The notes below the pieces were generated by a model. It saw only the letters and a program-made list of their open reading frames with translations. It did not search any database and was not told the origin of the DNA. Positions 57,958 through 64,000 of a stretch of 64,000 bases of DNA are shown in pieces. The position numbers were made by a program, and so were the translations under genes. Origin of the DNA: Bacteroidales bacterium (GTDB taxonomy: Bacteria > Bacteroidota > Bacteroidia > Bacteroidales > UBA932); the NCBI GenBank assembly GCA_017477465.1, contig JAFUVU010000016.1:8035-72034 (forward strand), given 5' to 3'. The stretch's first letter is position 1, and every line of letters begins with the position of its first letter.

Positions 57958-60477
57958 GTGAAGAAAGTATTATTGATTATCCTCAGTCTTATTGCCGCCC
58001 TTTCTTGCCGGGAAACACCGCTTTCCCCTCAGGAAGAGGCGGCGATGGACGTTATAGAACGCTCACTTGGCAAGCGCCCGTCGAATTTGTCGATACAGAT
58101 TGACCCATCGGCGCAAGGCGGCGACAGCTACGCAACCCGCGTAGAGCACGGTAAACTGTACATAACCGCAACTTCTCCATCCGCTGCGTGCAGGGGCTTC
58201 TACGACTGGTGCGGAAGCCATCACTTAGGCCTTCGCACCTGGAGCGCCAATACGCTTTCGCTGCCCCGGAAACTAGCCGATGAGCCTGCCGATACCGTTT
58301 CCACACCCTTCCTCCACCGCCAGTACATGAACGTGTGTACCCTCGGCTACACCATGCCATACTGGGGCTGGGACGAGTGGGAGGAGGAACTGGACAGGAT
58401 GGCCCTGCACGGAATAAACATGACCCTTGCCCCTATAGGAAGCGAGGCCATCTATGCCCGTGTATGGCGCAAACTGGGCCTCAGCGATGAAGAGATTGAC
58501 GCTTTTGTCACCGGACCCGCACATCTTCCCTGGCTGAGAATGGGCAATATGAGCGGTCTGGACGGCGGAGGGCAGTGGTATGACAAGTCGCTGGAACTGC
58601 AGCACAAAATCGTGAAGCGTATGGAAGAGCTTGGGATAGAGCCGGTATTCAACGCCTTTGCGGGATTTGTGCCCGAGGCTCTGAAGCGCCTGTACCCGGA
58701 CGTGGAGTTCATCCCCTCCGGCTGGCAGGACGGACCGGACTACGTATCCACCTTCCTATCCCCCGAAACGCCTCTGTACCAAAAGATTGCAAAGATGTAC
58801 ATTCAGGAGTGGGAGGCCGAGTTCGGCAAAGGAAAATTCTATCTTGCCGACAGTTTCAACGAGATGAGCGTTCCCTTTGCTCCGCAGGGAACCCCGGAGC
58901 GCTTTGCACAGATCGCTTCATACGGAAAGACTCTTTATCAGTCTATCAGCCAGGCCAATCCGGACGCCGTTTGGGTGCTTCAGGGATGGATGTTCGGATA
59001 TCAGCGCAATATCTGGGACCCCGAAAGTATCCGTGCCTTATTCTCGGAAGTGCCTGACGACAAACTGCTTGTCCTGGATCTGAGCGAAGACTACAACCAC
59101 GATATCTGGGAAATCTCCCCCACCTGGGAATACGCCCCCGCCCTTTACGGCAAACACTGGATATACAGCACCGTGCCCAATTTCGGCGGCAGGAACGCTC
59201 CGGTAGGCAATCTGGAGTTCTACCTCAACGGGCACCTGAATGCGCTGGAATCGGCCAATAAGGGGAATCTTATCGGCCTTGGCAGCGCTCCTGAAGGAGT
59301 GGAGAACAACGACGTGGTGTACGAGATTATCTACGACGCCCCCTGGCACATCGAAAGGCGCGACATCCGTGAAAGGCTGCGCGAATACAGCATCAACCGC
59401 TACGGCTCCTGCCCGGCGGAAATGGAAGCCTTCTGGAACGATATGCTGGAGAGTTCCTACAGTTTCACCTCCAGCCAGGCAATTTATCGGCTCCAGCGGC
59501 AGCCCTTCTTCCTTAGAGGAGGCCGCTACGACCTGAGTCAGAGGCATTTCAGCGCCATCGAGCATTTCATAGATGCAGGCAAGGAGCTTGGCGGCAACCC
59601 CGTTTACCTGCAAGACCTTGCTCTCTGGGCTGGCTTCTACGCCTTCGGCAAGGCCGAAATTCTTGCCGACGAGATAGAGCGCTGCTTCAAAACAGGAGAG
59701 TCGGAAAAGGCCGATTCCCTCCGTTCCCGCTTCAAAGATGCGCTCCTGAGGGCCGACAGCTTCCTTGACAAAAACCCGCTCTCACGCCTTGAACGCTGGA
59801 GGGGTTTCGCAAGGGCGCAAGGAGACACCCCGGAGGAAAAAGACCACTATGAGACCAACGCCCGGCGCCTCATAACCACCTGGGGCAGAGGCAGAATGCA
59901 CGACGGTTTGGACGATTATGCCGCCCGCATCTGGTCGGGTCTTATACGCGACTACTACCTGCCCCGCTGGGAGCATTGGTTCGAAGCAAGGGCCGCCGGC
60001 GAGCCCTTCGACTTCGACAATTGGGAATACCACTTTGCCGAAGACCTGAAGCCCCTTTCGCCGGCTGAGGACTGCGGGGATATACTCGAGGCCGCCAGGA
60101 AACTTCCTGAAGACTTTGCCGGAACAGCGCAGCGCACTTCCGAGCTGCCGGGCTGGAGCTCCTTCCATCTGAAAAAAGGCCTCCAACGCTTCTCTTACAT
60201 GCTTTATCCTTCGCAATATGCCGCGTTGCAGGGCCTTGGATTCAAGCAGCTTGACGGAGACGACAGCGTAAGCATAGAACGCATCCGCCTCCGCGGCGCA
60301 AAAACGCCCATCCTGGACATCAACTGCAAATTGCGCCTTGGAGAAACCCGTCCCGAAGCATCCATAACTTTGAACCCCGACAAATCCAAAGGGCCCGTAA
60401 AATACATATACCTGGACGTATATGTACGTGCCGATGAAGATAATGCCGACAGCGAAGTCATCATAGAACTGCTTTAG
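57958..60477 (+). CDS. Alpha-N-acetylglucosaminidase (GH89) lipoprotein
   Basis: NVCTLGYTMPYWGWDEWEEELDRMALHGIN, DSFNE, NFGG, APEGVENN. Confidence 0.9.
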   Translation: MKKVLLIILSLIAALSCRETPLSPQEEAAMDVIERSLGKRPSNLSIQIDPSAQGGDSYATRVEHGKLYITATSPSAACRGFYDWCGSHHLGLRTWSANTLSLPRKLADEPADTVSTPFLHRQYMNVCTLGYTMPYWGWDEWEEELDRMALHGINMTLAPIGSEAIYARVWRKLGLSDEEIDAFVTGPAHLPWLRMGNMSGLDGGGQWYDKSLELQHKIVKRMEELGIEPVFNAFAGFVPEALKRLYPDVEFIPSGWQDGPDYVSTFLSPETPLYQKIAKMYIQEWEAEFGKGKFYLADSFNEMSVPFAPQGTPERFAQIASYGKTLYQSISQANPDAVWVLQGWMFGYQRNIWDPESIRALFSEVPDDKLLVLDLSEDYNHDIWEISPTWEYAPALYGKHWIYSTVPNFGGRNAPVGNLEFYLNGHLNALESANKGNLIGLGSAPEGVENNDVVYEIIYDAPWHIERRDIRERLREYSINRYGSCPAEMEAFWNDMLESSYSFTSSQAIYRLQRQPFFLRGGRYDLSQRHFSAIEHFIDAGKELGGNPVYLQDLALWAGFYAFGKAEILADEIERCFKTGESEKADSLRSRFKDALLRADSFLDKNPLSRLERWRGFARAQGDTPEEKDHYETNARRLITTWGRGRMHDGLDDYAARIWSGLIRDYYLPRWEHWFEARAAGEPFDFDNWEYHFAEDLKPLSPAEDCGDILEAARKLPEDFAGTAQRTSELPGWSSFHLKKGLQRFSYMLYPSQYAALQGLGFKQLDGDDSVSIERIRLRGAKTPILDINCKLRLGETRPEASITLNPDKSKGPVKYIYLDVYVRADEDNADSEVIIELL

Positions 60478-60478
60478 C

Positions 60479-62950
60479 ATGGGCATCCGCCTCTCATACA
60501 GGATTGTTGTCGGCAGCATTATGCTGCTGACGGCTTTAGTGCAGGCAAACGCGCAGGAAAACATCCAGGAGCTCGAAGCCTCCCGGGTAGTGGCCACGCC
60601 TCCCGCCCTCCGCACCCGCGGAGACACGCTGATAGTGAGTCCGGAAGCGTTCATGCTTGAGCAGGACGCCGTACTTGAAGATTTCCTGAAACTAATCCCG
60701 GGGCTGGAGTTCGACGGCAACGAAGTCACCCTGTACGGCAGGAAAATATCCCGCCTGCTGGTGAACGGGCGCCTCTACTTTGGCGGAGACGTGCTGACCG
60801 GCCTGAGGAATATCCAAGCCCGAGGCGTAGAGTCTGTCCGAAGCTATGACAGGCAGAGCGACCTTGCCCGCATGAGCGGAATAGATGACGGAGAGGAAGA
60901 GCAAGTTCTGGACGTCACCATCAAAAAGAGCTTTCTGGACGCCTGGAAAGGCAGCATTCAAGCCGGCGGCGGCATTCCGGGCCGATACCGTTCGGCCCTC
61001 AGCGCATCCAAAATGGACAAGGATTCGCAGCTTTCCATCGTCGGCAATCTGAGCAACAGTGCAAAAGGGCAGACGGTAAGCGGAGGCTCTCTCAGCAGGC
61101 TGGGACTGGGCTCCGCGGGAGACAACCAAACACGGGAAGCCGGTATCGATTACAGCGGGAAAAAAGGGAAGGCCGAAATAAGCGCCAACATCTCCTACAC
61201 CGGAAGCAGCACTTTCCGCGAGCGGGAAACCGAGTCAAGGACCATCTACAGCAGCGGCACTTCTTTTTACGACATCGCCGAAACTGCCCGGATTGACAAC
61301 AATAAGCTAACGTCGGACAATACATTTGAATGGAAGCCCAATAAGAAACTGACCCTGCTGCTTAAGCCCAAGATAAGCTTTAGCACATCGGGCAGCTGGC
61401 GGCAGCCTTATACAGAGGCGTTTAACGTTTATCCCACCACGGATGCGAGTCCGCTTCACAACATCCATCAAACCCTCGCCAGCGAGCAGCGGCAAGTATC
61501 GGGAGGAGTGTCCCTGGTGCTTACACGCCGCTTCGCAAAACGCGGACGCTCAGTGACAGCCCGCCTATCCGGGAGCTTCACCCTTGGCGATTATCACTAT
61601 TTCAACGACTACCTTGCCAGCTACAGCAAGAAGCAAACTGTCCGCAAACAGTATTTCCAGCGCCCTTGGAGCGACACCGACCTTCTCCTTCAAGGCGCTT
61701 ACAACGAGCCGCTTACCAAGAACCTGTACCTCCAGTTCATCCTCAACGCCCGTTGGATTACCCACGGCATGAAGCGCGATTTCTACTCCATGGAAGGACT
61801 GGCCCCCGACTGGGCACCGATGGAGAGCACATCGGCAGGAAAGCAGATTCAAGCATTGCCGGAAGGCTACCGCGACTGCCTGAATCCGGAATTGTCGGCC
61901 GAAGGACTCTATAACGGCTTCCTTTTTGCCGCCATCGGCAATCTGCGCTATGTCAGGAAGAAATTCAACCTTACCGCCGGCATCTCTGTAAGGCCCGTGA
62001 TAAGCCACGTAGAAAAGACTACCTTCGACATTTATCCGGCCCCTTACATTACGCTCCGCTACAATCCTTCCAAAAACGAGCAGCTGGGATTCACCTACCG
62101 CAGTTTCATCACCACTCCCCGCCCCGTCAACCTGATGAACGTAAACAGCGGCACCAACCCTTTGTACGTGAGAACGGGCAACCCTGATTTGAAACCGGCT
62201 TTCAATCAGCAGCTTAAGCTCAATTACACGCTCTCCGTTCCATCCAAGGGGCACAGCTTTGTCTGCGAAGTCGTTGCAAAGAAAACCGACAACGCCTTCA
62301 CGACCTCCACCGAATACATCCCCGAGACAGGCGGGCGCATCAGCCGCAGCTGCAATATCGACGGCAATTATTCGGCCGAGGGGAACTTCAACTTCCACCA
62401 CGACTTCAAGGGGACGCCATACAGCATCGGCAATCTCCTCAGCGGCGCTTTCTTCTGCGAGAAGAACTACCTGTACAACACCAAGTTAAAGGCCGACGAA
62501 GTCAATACCCTGCTGCGTGGCAGGCTGAAAGAACAACTTACCTTCACCGCCCACTGGAACCGCATATACCTGTCTTTGAAGGCGGCGGTGCTTTGGGCGC
62601 CGGGAAAGAGCCTACTGCGGCCCGATTTCCACGAGTCGCCTTACTCTTTCAGGGAAGGCGTGGAGGCCACCTTCAAACTGCCCTGGAGCATCCGCCTGTC
62701 AACGGAAATAACCCTGATACAGAACAGAGGCTACACATACGAAATCCTCAACAGGGATCCCCTATACTGGAACGCATCCCTGTCCAAGAACTTCCTTCGC
62801 GGCAAGGCCACCGTCAAGCTTGAAGCTTCGCACATCCCCCCTTCCGACACCTGGAACCTCCTGCACCGTTTTGCAGGCATGAGCATGTCGGCAGGAAAAT
62901 ATACCGGTACAAACCAATACGTACTTGCAAGTCTGTCCTATCGCTTCTAA
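60479..62950 (+). CDS. Outer-membrane beta-barrel protein (TonB-dependent receptor-like, OMP_b-brl_3 type)
   Basis: GDTL...LEDFLKLIPGLE, LLVNGRLYFGGD, GIDDGEE, GNPDLKP; C-terminal LSYRF. Confidence 0.8.
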   Translation: MGIRLSYRIVVGSIMLLTALVQANAQENIQELEASRVVATPPALRTRGDTLIVSPEAFMLEQDAVLEDFLKLIPGLEFDGNEVTLYGRKISRLLVNGRLYFGGDVLTGLRNIQARGVESVRSYDRQSDLARMSGIDDGEEEQVLDVTIKKSFLDAWKGSIQAGGGIPGRYRSALSASKMDKDSQLSIVGNLSNSAKGQTVSGGSLSRLGLGSAGDNQTREAGIDYSGKKGKAEISANISYTGSSTFRERETESRTIYSSGTSFYDIAETARIDNNKLTSDNTFEWKPNKKLTLLLKPKISFSTSGSWRQPYTEAFNVYPTTDASPLHNIHQTLASEQRQVSGGVSLVLTRRFAKRGRSVTARLSGSFTLGDYHYFNDYLASYSKKQTVRKQYFQRPWSDTDLLLQGAYNEPLTKNLYLQFILNARWITHGMKRDFYSMEGLAPDWAPMESTSAGKQIQALPEGYRDCLNPELSAEGLYNGFLFAAIGNLRYVRKKFNLTAGISVRPVISHVEKTTFDIYPAPYITLRYNPSKNEQLGFTYRSFITTPRPVNLMNVNSGTNPLYVRTGNPDLKPAFNQQLKLNYTLSVPSKGHSFVCEVVAKKTDNAFTTSTEYIPETGGRISRSCNIDGNYSAEGNFNFHHDFKGTPYSIGNLLSGAFFCEKNYLYNTKLKADEVNTLLRGRLKEQLTFTAHWNRIYLSLKAAVLWAPGKSLLRPDFHESPYSFREGVEATFKLPWSIRLSTEITLIQNRGYTYEILNRDPLYWNASLSKNFLRGKATVKLEASHIPPSDTWNLLHRFAGMSMSAGKYTGTNQYVLASLSYRF

Positions 62951-62979
62951 TGTAAAAACAATACCTATAAATGTCTCTT

Positions 62980-64000
62980 ATGAAACCGCTTATTTTAATT
63001 GTTCCTATAGGTTTTCTGCTAGCTTCCTGCTCCGTCAAGATGGAGAAAGAGGAGGTTATGCCTCGCTCCTTCAAGCTTAGCATCGAGGCTGAGTACCCTC
63101 ACGAGGAGGCCACAAAGGTCGTCTTCGAAGGCCAGGACCTCGCATGGGAAGGGAGTGAAAAGATGGATATCAATATCGGCAACGGAACCAGCGCCACCGC
63201 ATCGGAGAATTGGACATCGGCCAGCATTTCAAGCGTGGCCAAAGGAAAGTTTTCCGGTACTGTCGATCTTGGCTCTTTCACGGCCAATGACATCAAGTCG
63301 GTGGTGATTCCCGCCGGCCTGAGCCCCATAACCTACAAGAACGGCACGGTCTGGCGCCTCAAGGTGCCTATCGAGACCACGCAGAAGCAGGCCGAAGAAG
63401 GTGCAGTCGGCACTGACAGAATCATTCTCTATGCCCCTGTGAGCAGCAGCGACTTCATCGTTGACGAAGGCACATACTCCCTGGGCGGCCTCCAGCTGCA
63501 ATGGGGCTGCGCCGTCATAGTATTCAACGTGTACGGCGCTCACCCTGAAATGCTTGCCGATGAGCAGCTCAAAAGCGTGAGCATCACTTTGGCAGATAAA
63601 GTCCCCTACTATTTCGAAGCCCGCCTTAACGGTGGAAATCCCGCCAGAAACAGCACCGAAATCAGCTATACTGTCAATCTGGAGAATCCCTGTGCCCTTG
63701 CCGGCCGTGACAAAAACAGCGGAGCCAGGCTGTTCCTGATTTTCCCTCCCTATAGCAGTTCCATCACTCAGGTCAGCGTAACCACTACGGCTGCGGTTTA
63801 TACCAAAACTCCAGCCACTCCAGTACCCCTGGCCTATGCCGAAGGGAAAAACGACTCCCGGGGAATGGTTTACCAGTTCGGGCTCAACCTGTCCACCTTC
63901 GACTCTCGTTCGGAAGATATTGCCTATTCCGTCGATGGCGGCGGGGCTTGGCAATCTTCCATTCCCAGCGGTTTTTCCTCTCTGGCCGTGCGCGGATATC
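62980..64000 (+). CDS. Fimbrillin-like lipoprotein (subtype A), 3' partial; an LRR module begins at the window end (alternative start 62971)
   Basis: Translated by hand: MKPLILIVPIGFLLASC...ATKVVFEGQDLAWEGSE...WGCAVIVFNVYG...YSVDGGGAW; no stop before the window end. Confidence 0.8.
   Translation, partial: MKPLILIVPIGFLLASCSVKMEKEEVMPRSFKLSIEAEYPHEEATKVVFEGQDLAWEGSEKMDINIGNGTSATASENWTSASISSVAKGKFSGTVDLGSFTANDIKSVVIPAGLSPITYKNGTVWRLKVPIETTQKQAEEGAVGTDRIILYAPVSSSDFIVDEGTYSLGGLQLQWGCAVIVFNVYGAHPEMLADEQLKSVSITLADKVPYYFEARLNGGNPARNSTEISYTVNLENPCALAGRDKNSGARLFLIFPPYSSSITQVSVTTTAAVYTKTPATPVPLAYAEGKNDSRGMVYQFGLNLSTFDSRSEDIAYSVDGGGAWQSSIPSGFSSLAVRGY

Overview
Bacteroidales-type DNA, judged from TAnnTTTG promoters, a SusC/SusD pair and many lipoproteins. 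The first ~9 kb are ordinary genes: a MacB-type permease, a HAD-YbaK fusion, an amino-acid ABC transporter, a D-Ala-D-Ala dipeptidase and two tandem OmpA paralogs. From ~9.3 kb to the window end is one very large PUL-like island built around an ECF sigma / FecR / SusC / SusD core. It encodes peptidases, six beta-lactamase-fold serine hydrolase domains, a Tat-exported dipeptide epimerase, GH106-, GH63- and GH89-like glycosidases, and twelve fimbrillin (type V pilin)-like lipoproteins that carry swappable C-terminal cargo (LRR, serine hydrolase, EEP, FISUMP-like). Three things are not in the ORF track. (1) Five small ORFs of 41-56 aa share a YxxP leader. Their C-terminal tails match the tails of several large lipoproteins and co-vary with the pilin subtype nearby, which suggests a donor-strand 'lock-and-key' assembly system. 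(2) One of these peptides is frameshifted by a C10 tract. (3) A bipartite motif TTTTCCCC-N16/17-CGTT precedes six transcription units, with a seventh degenerate copy, and is the likely ECF promoter. All family calls come from motif recognition by eye; no database searches were run.
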